In this document: positions 28,771 to 39,359 of the stretch, piece after piece | Numbering within the stretch: position 1 is the stretch's first letter | Layout of the letters: each line of letters begins with the position of its first letter | Position numbers and translations under genes: made by a program | Notes under the pieces: model-generated | What the model was told of the DNA's origin: nothing | What the model saw: only the letters and a program-made list of their open reading frames with translations | The model's database searches: none | Assembly (NCBI GenBank): GCA_965261595.1 | Contig: CBDHDG010000006.1 | Location: 960,001 to 1,024,000 of the forward strand | Reading direction: 5' to 3' | Length of the DNA stretch: 64,000 nucleotides | Origin: a bacterium | GTDB taxonomy: Bacteria > UBA8248 > JACPRG01 > G963555815

Positions 28771-29204
28771 CTTCCAAGATCCCGTATGCGTTCGTCGGTT
28801 CTTCCCGCTATCGAGGAGCCCGGCCGCTTTGAGGTTTATCGATGCGGGTTCAGGGATTTCCTCTCCGCCCACATCAATCAAACACGCGGCGCGGCACGGG
28901 GGCATAACCCTCGCGGGACTCTCCGCACAGATTACGGACTTCCTCGATTTTTCCTTATCATGGCCATCATGCAGGGACATGTCCCCAAACGTCAAATGGT
29001 TCCGATGCGTTCAATCCATGCGTCTTTTCTCTCGGGCAAGGGTCGGCAAAACGCCGCCGGCCGAATTCAGGCGACAGGAGGGAGCGTTTCGTAGTAGAAT
29101 CCCGCTCGACCCTCAGCGCAGACGGAACACCCAATGCGGCGCCCCGGGTGGCGCGCCGTCCGGGAATTTGCGGAATCGGCCCGGAAAGCCTTCAGGAGGA
29201 TGGA

Positions 29205-31160
29205 ATGGATCTATCAGGAATCGATACCGTCTTGAAGGAGGGGCGGACGTTTGAGCCGCCCAAGGGATTCGCTGAAAACGCCCATATCAAATCCATCGAG
29301 GAATACCGAAAGCTCCATGACGAGGCCGTCAACTCCCCCGAGACGTTCTGGGGCCGATACGCGGAAGAGCTTCACTGGTTCAAGAAGTGGGACAAGGTTC
29401 TGGAATGGGAAGAGCCTTTTGCGAAGTGGTTCGTCGGGGGGCAAACCAACATTTCCTACAACTGCCTGGACCGGCACCTGGACACCCACCGCCGGGACAA
29501 GCCCGCCCTCATCTGGGAGGGCGAGCCGGGCGACAGCCGCACCCTCACCTACGCCGAGCTTCACAAAGAGGTCTGCAAATTCGCCAACGCCCTCAAGGGG
29601 TTGGGCATCGGGAAGGGCGACCGCGTCTGCATCTACATGCCCCAGACGCCGGAATCCGCCATCGCCATGCTGGCCTGCGCCCGCATCGGCGCGCCCCACA
29701 CCGTCGTCTTCGCCGGCTTCAGCGCCCCCTCTCTGCGAGACCGCATCAACGACGCCGAGGCCAAGGCCGTCCTCACGGCGGACGCCGGCTGGCGGCGCGG
29801 AAAAGAGGTGCCCCTGAAGGCGAACACCGACAACGCGGTCAAGGACTGCCCCTGCGTGGAGCACGTCGTCGTCCTCAAGCGCGTCGGGAACGACATCGAT
29901 TTTCAACCGGGCCGGGACCACTGGTACCACGACCTGATGGAATCCGCCTCGGAATACTGCCCCGCCGAGCCGCTCGACTCCGAGCATCCCCTCTACATCC
30001 TCTACACCAGCGGGACGACCGGAAAGCCCAAGGGCATCCTCCACACCACGGGCGGCTACATGGTGGGGACGTACCTCACGTGCAAGTGGGTCTTCGACCT
30101 CAAGGACGAGGACGTTTACTGGTGCACGGCGGACATCGGCTGGGTGACCGGGCACAGCTACATCGTGTACGGCCCCCTCGCCAACGGCGCGACGAGCGTC
30201 ATGTACGAGGGCGCGCCCAACCACCCGGACCCGGGCCGGTTCTGGGCCATCGTCGAGAAATTCAAGGTCAACACCTTCTACACCGCCCCCACGGCCATCC
30301 GCGCCTTCATCAAATGGGGCGACGAGTGGCCGGGCAAGCACGACCTCTCAAGCCTGCGCCTCCTGGGAACGGTGGGCGAGCCCATCAACCCGGAGGTCTG
30401 GATCTGGTACCGCAAGACCATCGGCGCCGACCGCTGTCCCATCGTGGACACTTGGTGGCAGACCGAAACCGGGATGATCCTGATCACGCCCCTTCCGGGC
30501 GCGACGACCACAAAGCCCGGCTCGGCCACCCTGCCCTTCCCGGGCGTCGTGCCGGACATCGTGACGAAGGGCGGGAAATCGGTGGGGCCGGAGGGGGGCG
30601 GGCTCCTGGTCCTCAAGCGGCCCTGGCCCGCGATGCTGCGCACCATTTACGGCGACCCGGAGCGCTACAAGGAAACGTACTGGTCGGACATCCCCGGCGC
30701 CTACTTCACGGGGGACGGCGCCCGGCGCGACAAAGACGGATATTTCTGGATCATGGGCCGGGTGGACGATGTCATCAACATCTCCGGCCACCGCCTGGGC
30801 ACGATGGAGGTAGAAAGCGCCCTGGTCTCGCACCCCGACGTCGCCGAAGCCGCCGTCGTCGGCATCCCGCACGAGCTGAAGGGGCAGGGCATCGCCGGCT
30901 TCATCACCCTTCAGGGCAGCAAAGAACAGTCGAAAGAGTTGGAAGCGCGGCTCCGCGAGCATGTGGTCCAGGAAATCGGCGCCATCGCCCGACCGGACCA
31001 ACTCCGTTTCACCGACGCCCTTCCCAAGACCCGGAGCGGGAAGATCATGCGGCGGCTTTTGCGCGACATCGCCTCCGGAAAACCGGAGCTTGGGGACACG
31101 ACGACCCTGGAAGACATCTCTGTCCTTCAATCCCTTCGGGGGTACGAGGACGAGGGATAG
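29205..31160 (+). CDS. acs: Acetyl-CoA synthetase (AMP-forming)
   Basis: [46 protein letters not shown]. Confidence 0.96.
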   Translation: MDLSGIDTVLKEGRTFEPPKGFAENAHIKSIEEYRKLHDEAVNSPETFWGRYAEELHWFKKWDKVLEWEEPFAKWFVGGQTNISYNCLDRHLDTHRRDKPALIWEGEPGDSRTLTYAELHKEVCKFANALKGLGIGKGDRVCIYMPQTPESAIAMLACARIGAPHTVVFAGFSAPSLRDRINDAEAKAVLTADAGWRRGKEVPLKANTDNAVKDCPCVEHVVVLKRVGNDIDFQPGRDHWYHDLMESASEYCPAEPLDSEHPLYILYTSGTTGKPKGILHTTGGYMVGTYLTCKWVFDLKDEDVYWCTADIGWVTGHSYIVYGPLANGATSVMYEGAPNHPDPGRFWAIVEKFKVNTFYTAPTAIRAFIKWGDEWPGKHDLSSLRLLGTVGEPINPEVWIWYRKTIGADRCPIVDTWWQTETGMILITPLPGATTTKPGSATLPFPGVVPDIVTKGGKSVGPEGGGLLVLKRPWPAMLRTIYGDPERYKETYWSDIPGAYFTGDGARRDKDGYFWIMGRVDDVINISGHRLGTMEVESALVSHPDVAEAAVVGIPHELKGQGIAGFITLQGSKEQSKELEARLREHVVQEIGAIARPDQLRFTDALPKTRSGKIMRRLLRDIASGKPELGDTTTLEDISVLQSLRGYEDEG

Positions 31161-31175
31161 TCGGCGGGCCGGGGT

Positions 31176-31559
31176 TCAGGCCCGCTCCAGGGTGACGGGC
31201 GCTCCGTCGGGGACGCGGGTGAAGCGGGCGGCGTCTCCCTCGACAAATCCGATGGGGTTCACGTCGCTTGCGGCGCGGGGCGCGTTGCCCCCGCCGGCGG
31301 GCGTCGGTCCGAAGAAGATGCAAAACGCCGAGCCGGGGGGCCAGTAGGCGATCTCCCCCACGGCCATTTCGACCCGGGCGTCTGCTTCGGCGGGGCATTC
31401 AACGGGGATGGAGAAGTAGATCTCCTCCCCCCAGCGGTTGGCGGTCCCTTGGATGGGCAGGGCGTCCCAGATTCGATCGGCCGTGGGACCATCGTTCAGG
31501 CCGGCCCGCGCTTCCACGTCGCCCGCCAGGATGCGGATTCGCCGCCCGGTTTCGGTCAT
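31176..31559 (-). CDS. Cyclophilin-like fold protein (DUF369-like)
   Basis: RWGEEIYF, GEIAYWPPG.AFCIFFG.TP, VN.IG. Confidence 0.8.
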   Translation of the reverse strand: MTETGRRIRILAGDVEARAGLNDGPTADRIWDALPIQGTANRWGEEIYFSIPVECPAEADARVEMAVGEIAYWPPGSAFCIFFGPTPAGGGNAPRAASDVNPIGFVEGDAARFTRVPDGAPVTLERA

Positions 31560-31697
31560 GTCGGCGCGCTCCTCACACCGTTGCGCCGATCATCCGGACC
31601 GGCGCGCGGGAAAAGGCGGTTGACAACGACGGTTCCGCCGATAACATAAACGGCGAATTTCCGCGGGTTCAGGACAAAACAGGCGATCACGAATCCT

Positions 31698-32720
31698 ATG
31701 GTATCGTCCTCCTCATCGACGAGCAAGACAGAGGTGTCCTATGCGGAGGCCCTGGAGCATCTTCAGGGCGATCTGAACGCGGTGGAGGAGGCCCTCACCA
31801 CCCACCTGAATTCCGACGTGCCGTTGATCCCCTCTATCGGCCACTACCTGGCCCGCGGGGGCGGTAAGCGCATCCGCCCCACCCTGGTGCTGCTGTCCTC
31901 CAAGCTGTGCGGTTACGAGGGGGACCGGTGCATCACCAATTCCTGTCTGGTTGAATTCATCCATACGGCGACGCTGTTGCACGACGACGTCGTGGACGCT
32001 TCGGAGATGAGGCGCGGGGCGCCTTCGGCCAACGCCCGCTGGGGCAACGAGGCCAGCGTCCTGGTGGGCGATTACCTGTTCGCCAAGGCCCTGTGGCTCA
32101 TGGCGTCGGACGGCGATCTGGACATCCTCCGCGTCGTGTCCGGCGCCACGGTCTTCCTCTCGGAAGGCGAAGTCCTCCAGCTCATCAACGAGTACAACCT
32201 CGCCTCCACCGAGGAGAGCTACCTGGATGTGATCTACCGCAAGACGGCGGCCTTGATGGCCACGTCCTGCCGCATCGGCGGCATCCTGGGGAACATGTCC
32301 CGGGAGATCGAAGAACAACTGGGGGTGATCGGCTCGAACATCGGGTCCGCCTTCCAACTGGTGGACGACTCCCTGGATTACATGGCCCGGGCGGACCGGA
32401 TCGGAAAACCCGTCGGGCAGGACCTCTCCGACGGAAACGTCACCCTTCCCCTGATCCACCTCTACCGCTCGGCGGATGAGGAGGAAAGACAGCGGATTCG
32501 CCATGTCTTCTTCGAGTCCAACGGAACCCCGGACGGAAAGCTCGATTCCATCCTCAACATGATGAAAAAGCACGGGTCCATCGCGTACACCCTGTCCCGG
32601 GCCGCCGACTTCGTCGAGCGGGCGAAGGCCTCCCTGCGCGAGTTGCCGGACAACCTGGACCCCTTCTACCGCAACGCCCTCATCTCCCTGGCCGATTACA
32701 TCGTCGAGCGGGACCGGTAG
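31698..32720 (+). CDS. All-trans polyprenyl diphosphate synthase (IspB-like)
   Basis: GGKRIRP, LLHDDVVD...RRG, GDYL, KTA, FQLVDD.LD. Confidence 0.93.
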   Translation: MVSSSSSTSKTEVSYAEALEHLQGDLNAVEEALTTHLNSDVPLIPSIGHYLARGGGKRIRPTLVLLSSKLCGYEGDRCITNSCLVEFIHTATLLHDDVVDASEMRRGAPSANARWGNEASVLVGDYLFAKALWLMASDGDLDILRVVSGATVFLSEGEVLQLINEYNLASTEESYLDVIYRKTAALMATSCRIGGILGNMSREIEEQLGVIGSNIGSAFQLVDDSLDYMARADRIGKPVGQDLSDGNVTLPLIHLYRSADEEERQRIRHVFFESNGTPDGKLDSILNMMKKHGSIAYTLSRAADFVERAKASLRELPDNLDPFYRNALISLADYIVERDR

Positions 32721-32912
32721 GGCGTGTCTCGTATATGGTTTTACATATTGAGCCCTGAATTGTCCCTTTCCGGCCGGACAAGGAGTCAACCGACTCAAAC
32801 GCCCGGCCTACCAAACGGTGGATAGCCGGTTTTTCAAACTTAGGTGGGGCGGGCATCTTGCCCGCCATCTCCGGAACCCGAAAGCAACAAACGCCAATCA
32901 AAAGGAAAAACC

Positions 32913-33188
32913 GTGGCCGGAAAATCCATCGGCTCCCTGATTCTCTTCATGGTTGTGGGCGGTCTCGTGGGGAGCGTTCTGGGCGAAATTCTCGGCCGTC
33001 TCGCGGGGCAGGGATTCTGGAACAACATCCTGACCACGGGCGTCCACTTCGGCGTTCAGGATCCGGTCCATCAACCCATCGCCGTCAATCTGGGCATTGT
33101 CATCCTTTCCTTCGGGCTCGCCATCAAGGTCTCCCTTCTCGGCATCCTCGGCCTGGTCGTAGGCGTGGTTCTGCACCGGAAGCTCTGA
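32913..33188 (+). CDS. DUF4321-like small membrane protein
   Basis: Two hydrophobic segments with G..GS..GE and NLG...FGL...SL.GILG; directly upstream of maf. Confidence 0.75.
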   Translation: MAGKSIGSLILFMVVGGLVGSVLGEILGRLAGQGFWNNILTTGVHFGVQDPVHQPIAVNLGIVILSFGLAIKVSLLGILGLVVGVVLHRKL

Positions 33189-33196
33189 ATCAGGAC

Positions 33197-33859
33197 ATGA
33201 CGTCTCCCCCCCTGGTCCTGGCCTCCGCCTCACCCCGCCGAAAACACCTTCTCGAACAAGCCGGCTTGGTCTTCGAGGTCCTGCCTGCCGACGTGGAGGA
33301 GCGCTACAACGGAGAACCGCCGGAAGAATTCGCCGGAAGGTGCTCAGCCCGCAAGGCCGCCGAGGTCTTCCCCCTTCGGCCCGCGGCGGCGGTCGTGGCG
33401 GCAGACACGATCGTCGTCCTGTGCGACCGCGCTTCGGGAAAAGACCGTGTGCTCGGGAAACCGGCCGGGCCGGCGGAGGCCCGCTCCATGCTGGCCGGGC
33501 TCAGCGGCCGGGAGCACCGCGTCATCACGGGTGTCACCGTCCGGCGGGGAAAGGAAGAGCGGACCGGCGCCCGGGAGACCCGCGTGCGTTTTCGGACGCT
33601 CGACCCGGAGACGATCGGCCGCTATGTCGCCACGGGCGAGCCGCTGGACAAGGCAGGGGCTTACGGAATCCAGGACCGCGGCGTTCACTTGGTCGAGAGC
33701 CTGGAAGGTTGTTACACTAATGTGGTGGGTCTTCCGCTCGGGCTCTTGAGAGAGCTTCTTCTCGGCGTGGGGCTGGACGCCCTCCCGCCAAGTCCGTGCG
33801 GCGCGTTCGCCAAATCGAAGGAAGTCGAGGAATGCCTCAACCGGACACGGCGCTCCTGA
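33197..33859 (+). CDS. maf: Maf-family nucleoside triphosphate pyrophosphatase
   Basis: LVLASASPRR, ADT, LGKP, DKAGAYGIQ, NVVGLP. Confidence 0.93.
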   Translation: MTSPPLVLASASPRRKHLLEQAGLVFEVLPADVEERYNGEPPEEFAGRCSARKAAEVFPLRPAAAVVAADTIVVLCDRASGKDRVLGKPAGPAEARSMLAGLSGREHRVITGVTVRRGKEERTGARETRVRFRTLDPETIGRYVATGEPLDKAGAYGIQDRGVHLVESLEGCYTNVVGLPLGLLRELLLGVGLDALPPSPCGAFAKSKEVEECLNRTRRS

Positions 33860-34998
33860 TCCTGGACATGCAGCGCGACCTGGCGGCGCCCGGGGGCGTT
33901 CGGTATCACGAACGGACGGCGTCGGTCATCGAGCCCATCCTCCGTCTGCGCGGGTTCGCCCGCGAGAAGGGTTGGCCCGTCCTCTACACCCGCAATGTCC
34001 ACGAGCCCTGGACGTTCGATCCGGAACGCGGCGGACCCCGCTGGTGCGTCCGGGGGACGCCGGGCGTCGAAATCATCGACGCGTGCAAACCCGACCCCGG
34101 CGAGACCGTCGTCCGGAAGCGGACGCCGGACGCGTTCTTCGGAACGGAGCTGGACTCCCTCCTGCGGAAGCTCGGCGTGAAGCGTCTGGTCCTGGCCGGG
34201 GTCTTCGCCAACGAAGGGGTCCTGATCACCGCCGGGGAAGCGGCGCTGCGGTGGTATGACCTGATCCTGCCCGCCGACACGGCGGCCGGACGAACGGACT
34301 TCGACGATCAGGCCACGCTCCGGGAGATCTCCTTCCTCTACCAAGGGAAGCTGACCACGACCGAAGCCCTCCTGGCGGGACGCGAGGCGGACGTGGCGGC
34401 GGACACCTCTGTCGCCCCTCCCGAGCAAGTCCGCCAAGAGTCAATCGGCCTGCCGGCGGGGGAGACCGCGCTGATCGTGGTCGACATGCAGAACGACTTC
34501 GCGCGGGATGGAGGCTCGCTCTTCGTCCCGGATACGGCGGACACCATCGAGCCCATCCGGTCCCTGCTGCACGAGGCGCGGGAGAAGGGGGTGAGGGCCG
34601 TCTTCACCCAGGATTGGCACCGTACGGACGACGCCGAGTTCCGGATCTGGCCGGTTCACGCCGTCGCGGGGACTCCCGGCGCGGAGGTGATCGGCCCGCT
34701 GGAAGCGCGGGACGATGAGCTTCGGGTGAAGAAGCTCCGGTACGACGCCTTCTACGGGACATCGCTCGATCACCTGCTCCGCCTGAGCGGCGTGCGAAAT
34801 GTGGTCGTGACGGGAACGGTCTCGAACATCTGCGTCCTCCACACAGTCGGCAAAGCGGCGCTCCACGGCTACCGCGTGGTGGTCGCGGAGGACGGTATCT
34901 CCTCCCTCGACCCCTTCGATCAGGCCCTGACCCTGCGCCAGATCACCGAGGTGTTCCAGGGCGAAGTGTGCGGCTCGGCCGGCGTGCGCTTCGACTGA
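33832..34998 (+). CDS. Tandem two-domain isochorismatase-family cysteine hydrolase
   Basis: Two ALL/I..DMQ.D...K...DAF.GT.LD..LR domains; only the second has NICV. Confidence 0.88.
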   Translation: MPQPDTALLILDMQRDLAAPGGVRYHERTASVIEPILRLRGFAREKGWPVLYTRNVHEPWTFDPERGGPRWCVRGTPGVEIIDACKPDPGETVVRKRTPDAFFGTELDSLLRKLGVKRLVLAGVFANEGVLITAGEAALRWYDLILPADTAAGRTDFDDQATLREISFLYQGKLTTTEALLAGREADVAADTSVAPPEQVRQESIGLPAGETALIVVDMQNDFARDGGSLFVPDTADTIEPIRSLLHEAREKGVRAVFTQDWHRTDDAEFRIWPVHAVAGTPGAEVIGPLEARDDELRVKKLRYDAFYGTSLDHLLRLSGVRNVVVTGTVSNICVLHTVGKAALHGYRVVVAEDGISSLDPFDQALTLRQITEVFQGEVCGSAGVRFD

Positions 34999-35138
34999 CC
35001 CGGCCCTTCCCTGTTGTGAGGCCGGGCGACAGGGATTAAAATGAATCCGTCCGAAATGGCCGACCGTTTAAAAATCGGAGCGGCGGGGGAAGCCCCGCGG
35101 CCGGGGAAATCACCATGCCCGAGATGAGGACCTGAATC

Positions 35139-35846
35139 ATGAAGCTCGAAGACGCCAAGAAAGAAGGCCGATTCCGGATCGGCCTCATCGTCCCCTCCTC
35201 CAACACCACGATGGAAGTGGATTTCTACAACCACCTGGAGGAGAAATCCTCCGTCCACATCGCCCGGATGTACCTGGACACGACGACCAAAGAGGCGGAG
35301 GAAATCATGGTCCGGGAGTCCGCCCCCGCGGCGGCGGATATGATCCGCACGCTCTACCCCCATGTGACGGTGTTCGGCTGCACCTCGGGCGGATCGATCT
35401 TCGGGATGGATTACGACCGGAAGATCGCCAAAGACCTGACCCAAGTGACCGGCGCGGGCCGGACCGTCACCGTCCTCGGGGCCGTCACCGAACAGCTTCA
35501 GCATATCGGGGCCAAGCGCATCGCCGTCTTCACGCCTTACATCGACGAGCTGAACCGGACCATTCAGTCCTGCATGGAAGAGGAAGGCTTCGAGGTCCTG
35601 TCCATCCAGGGCATGGGAATCACGGTCAACTTCGACATCGGCGTGGTGTCGCCCGAGGAAATCCTGGCGTTCGCCCGGGAGCGGTTCAAGGACCCGGAGG
35701 CCGACGCCCTCTTTTTCTCGTGCACGAACATGAGGGCCCTAGACTCCGTCCCCATCCTGGAGAAGGAATTCGGCAAGCCGATCGTCACCAGCAACCAGGC
35801 GGCGGTGGAGACCGTCAACCGAATCTACCGCTCGGTGATGAACTAG
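35139..35846 (+). CDS. Maleate cis-trans isomerase / Asp-Glu racemase superfamily protein
   Basis: RIGLIVPSSNTTME, GCTSG, TPY, SCTN, SNQA. Confidence 0.85.
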   Translation: MKLEDAKKEGRFRIGLIVPSSNTTMEVDFYNHLEEKSSVHIARMYLDTTTKEAEEIMVRESAPAAADMIRTLYPHVTVFGCTSGGSIFGMDYDRKIAKDLTQVTGAGRTVTVLGAVTEQLQHIGAKRIAVFTPYIDELNRTIQSCMEEEGFEVLSIQGMGITVNFDIGVVSPEEILAFARERFKDPEADALFFSCTNMRALDSVPILEKEFGKPIVTSNQAAVETVNRIYRSVMN

Positions 35847-35986
35847 AGCACCGCGGCCGCCCCCCCCTCCGTCTCCGAAGTCTTTCACCCTTCGGGACAG
35901 GGGCCGTTCGTTTCTTCGCGCGAAAACCTGACCTGAACTTTCGATGGAATGATGGGCGGCCGACTCAGGGCGCGGAAGGGAGAACC

Positions 35987-37150
35987 ATGAAACTCGCGGA
36001 TCGGATGAGCCGGCTCGGAACGGAGTCGGCCTTCGAAGTCCTGGCGCAGGCCAAAGCCCTGGAGGCGCAGGGGAAGAAAATCGTTCACATGGAAATCGGG
36101 GAGCCGGACTTCGACACCCCGGCCCACATCGGCGAAGCCGCCTACCGGGCCATCCAGGACGGCTACACCCACTACGGTCCATCGGCGGGCCTGCGCGAGC
36201 ACAATCAGGCCGTGGCCGACTATTTCAACAATCGCCACGGACTGGACTACGGGGTCGAGAACATCGTCGTCGCGCCCGGGGCCAAGCCGTTTCTCTTTTT
36301 TGCCATCCTGGCGCTGGCCGGAGAGGGCGAAGAGGTCATCTATCCCAACCCGGGATTTCCCGTGTACGAATCCGTGACGGAATTCGCCGGGGCCAAGGCC
36401 GTCCCGCTCCCGCTCCTGGAGAAAAACGACTTCGCCTTCACGCTGGAGGACGTCGCTTCGCGGGTGACGCCGAAGACCCGGCTGTTGATCCTGAACTACC
36501 CCCACAACCCCACCGGGGGCATTCTGGGCCGGGAGCTCCTGGAGGGGATCGCCCGGCTCGCCATCGACCGCGACTTCGTCGTCCTGGCCGATGAGGTTTA
36601 CTCCCGCATGGTGTATGACGGCGAGCACTACAGCATCGCCCAGGTCCCGGGGATGAAGGAGCGGACCATCCTTCTGGACGGCTATTCCAAGACCTTCGCG
36701 ATGACCGGGTGGAGGCTGGGCTTCATCGCCGCGCCGGTCTTGCTGGCCGACGCCATCACCCGCCTCATCACCAACAGCGTATCCTGCACGGCCAGCTTCG
36801 AGCAGATGGCCGGCATCGCCGCCCTGACGGGTCCCCAGGACGAGGTGCACCGGATGGTCGAAGAATTTCACCGGCGGCGCGACTTCATCGTCAAGGGCCT
36901 CAACGAGATCAAGGGCGTGAGCTGCAAGAATCCGGGCGGGGCCTTCTACGTCTTCCCCAACGTGCGGGAAGTGCCCATGGCACCCGAGGAGGTGGCCCCT
37001 TATCTGATGAGAGAGGCCGGCGTCGCCTGCCTGCCGGGGACCTCATTCGGCGAGTACGGCAAGGGGCACCTGCGCTTTTCCTATGCGGTGTCGCTGGAGG
37101 AAATCGAAGAGGCCCTGACGAACATGGACAGAGCGATCAACAACATTTGA
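35987..37150 (+). CDS. PLP-dependent class I/II aminotransferase
   Basis: IGEPDFDTP, NPTG, DEVY, SKTFAMTGWRLG. Confidence 0.93.
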   Translation: MKLADRMSRLGTESAFEVLAQAKALEAQGKKIVHMEIGEPDFDTPAHIGEAAYRAIQDGYTHYGPSAGLREHNQAVADYFNNRHGLDYGVENIVVAPGAKPFLFFAILALAGEGEEVIYPNPGFPVYESVTEFAGAKAVPLPLLEKNDFAFTLEDVASRVTPKTRLLILNYPHNPTGGILGRELLEGIARLAIDRDFVVLADEVYSRMVYDGEHYSIAQVPGMKERTILLDGYSKTFAMTGWRLGFIAAPVLLADAITRLITNSVSCTASFEQMAGIAALTGPQDEVHRMVEEFHRRRDFIVKGLNEIKGVSCKNPGGAFYVFPNVREVPMAPEEVAPYLMREAGVACLPGTSFGEYGKGHLRFSYAVSLEEIEEALTNMDRAINNI

Positions 37151-37170
37151 GAAATCAGGGGAGAAATGAG

Positions 37171-38166
37171 ATGGCCGCAAAACCCAAAGTCCTGGTGACG
37201 CGCCGATTGCCCAAGGCGGCGATGGACAAGGTCCGCAAGGCGGTGAACGCCCAGGTGAACCCCCACGACCGCCCCATGACCCGCCGGGAGCTCCTGCGGG
37301 GGCTCAAGGGGAAAGACGGCGTTCTTTCCCTTCTCAACGACCGAATGGACGGCGAGGCCATGGACGCCGCCGGCCCGGCATTGAAGGTGATTGCCAACTA
37401 CGCCGTGGGCTTCAACAACATCGTCGTCCCCGACGCCACCGAGCGCGGCATCGTCGTGACCAACACGCCCGAGGTCCTGACGGAAACAACCGCCGACATG
37501 GCCTGGGCGCTCATCATGGCCACCTGCCGAAGAATCGCCGAGGGAGACGACTTCCTCCGGAGCGGAACGCCCTGGGACTGGGCGCCGTTGATGATGCTGG
37601 GCGCGGACGTCCACGGGAAAACCCTGGGCATCCTGGGTTTGGGCCGGATCGGCCAGGGGGTCGCGCGCCGCGCGCGGGGCTTCAACATGAAGGTCATTTA
37701 TTACGACGCCTTCCGCCAGAAACCCGCCGTCGAGAAGAGGCTGGGCGTTCAGTACAAGCGGTTCGACTCGGTCATCAAGCAGGCGGACATCATCACCGTC
37801 CACACACCCCTGATGAAAGAGACCATCCACCTCATCAACGCCAAGATCCTGAAGGCCATGAAGAAAACGGCCTACCTGGTGAACACCTCCCGGGGACCCA
37901 TCGTGGACGAGGCCGCGCTGGCCCGGGCGCTGCGGCGGGGGGACATCGCGGGGGCGGGGATCGACGTCTTCGAGGAAGAGCCCAAGGTTCATCCAGAGCT
38001 GGTGAAATGCCGCAACGCGGTCATTACGCCGCACATCGCCTCGGCCACCATCGAGACCCGGACGGCCATGGGGACGCTGGCGGCCTCGAACCTCATCGCC
38101 GTCCTCAATGGGAAAAAGCCCCCGACGTCCGTCAACCCGGAGGTGTGGCGGAAGCGGAGGAAGTAG
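37171..38166 (+). CDS. D-2-hydroxyacid dehydrogenase (glyoxylate reductase-like)
   Basis: ANYAVGFNN, NTP.VLT.TTAD, GLGRIG, NTSRG, DVFE.EP, PHIASAT. Confidence 0.92.
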   Translation: MAAKPKVLVTRRLPKAAMDKVRKAVNAQVNPHDRPMTRRELLRGLKGKDGVLSLLNDRMDGEAMDAAGPALKVIANYAVGFNNIVVPDATERGIVVTNTPEVLTETTADMAWALIMATCRRIAEGDDFLRSGTPWDWAPLMMLGADVHGKTLGILGLGRIGQGVARRARGFNMKVIYYDAFRQKPAVEKRLGVQYKRFDSVIKQADIITVHTPLMKETIHLINAKILKAMKKTAYLVNTSRGPIVDEAALARALRRGDIAGAGIDVFEEEPKVHPELVKCRNAVITPHIASATIETRTAMGTLAASNLIAVLNGKKPPTSVNPEVWRKRRK

Positions 38167-38338
38167 TCCGCTCTCGCGGGTTGCGGGTTGGGCGCTTCGG
38201 GTGGACCGGCCTCGCCCGCGTCAGGCGCGACGGGCCGGCGGCGAGGAATGGTTCCATGCGCGAACAGGCGGATACGCGATTGGGCGTCGCCCCCGCGCCG
38301 GTCTCTCAGAGCCGATGGCGGGCGGGGAATCCTTCTGA

Positions 38339-38977
38339 TCAGCTCCGGTCCAATGCCGAGCGGAGGGTCGAGTTCTCCCGCTTTTGCTCCTCGGAAAGGG
38401 GAAGATCTTTTTGTGTGCGCATCAGCCCGCGCTCGTGCAGGTCATCCATGAGTTTCTTCAGATGGAGCCCCATCCAGACACCCTTCAGCCCCAGGAACCC
38501 CGACTCGAAGGCGCGGACCTCTCCCCGGCTCGTCGTCAGGTCCCTGAAATAAACCAAAAGACCCCTGATGGACATCCAGCGGCGGACCCGGGGATTTACC
38601 CGAAACCCCTTCACCACAACGATACGGTGCTTGGCCCTTTCGGGAAGCCTCAGGACCGTGAAGGCCTCGGAGTCGACGCCTTCCCGCTCCGGGGAGATGA
38701 TCAGGTGCGTCACCGAGGGGATGTGGTTCTTCCGAATCCATTGATTGACCCACCGATCCAAATTCATGGCGTCGGCGAACACCACCCGCACCATGAACTC
38801 GATGTCCTCCCGGCTGTAGGTTTCGCCGCCCCGCCGCAGGGCCAGGATGCGGTCCCGCCCGCGATTCGCCTCCAACGACGCGCTCGCCTCTTGCGCGTGG
38901 GCCGGCGCCCATTGGAGACCCGACACGCACAAGGCGGCCCCAAAAAAGCAGGTGATCCCTAAAGAAATCTTCTTCAC
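38339..38977 (-). CDS. Hypothetical secreted protein
   Basis: MKK start, hydrophobic stretch and AHA cleavage motif; no family recognised. Confidence 0.6.
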   Translation of the reverse strand: MKKISLGITCFFGAALCVSGLQWAPAHAQEASASLEANRGRDRILALRRGGETYSREDIEFMVRVVFADAMNLDRWVNQWIRKNHIPSVTHLIISPEREGVDSEAFTVLRLPERAKHRIVVVKGFRVNPRVRRWMSIRGLLVYFRDLTTSRGEVRAFESGFLGLKGVWMGLHLKKLMDDLHERGLMRTQKDLPLSEEQKRENSTLRSALDRS

Positions 38978-39359
38978 AGTGACATCCCGAATCCCGCTCG
39001 ATGGACGAGCGTTCTTACCCGCGTGTCAGCGGGTCATTTTCATCCATGCAAACGCGGTTTGCGCGGACGATATCCGCTGAGGCCCAACAGCATTCCCCAG
39101 ACCATTCGGTTTGCGCGCTGGTGGGCGAGTCGGACAAGTCCGTCCGAATCCATCCCGGCATTTCTACGGCAGGCTGGAAAACAGGCGGGAACCCAAATCC
39201 AAGGATCTCAAAAGCGAGGGTGTTCAGTCCGAGGAGTATGAATCCGGCATTTCAACCCGGCCCGATCGGCGTGCGCCGAAGTGATTGCTCAACCAATCTA
39301 TAGCCATATGTAGGCCGTCGTTTCCGCAATCCAAAACGGTTATTTTGAAAATCCCCCCT

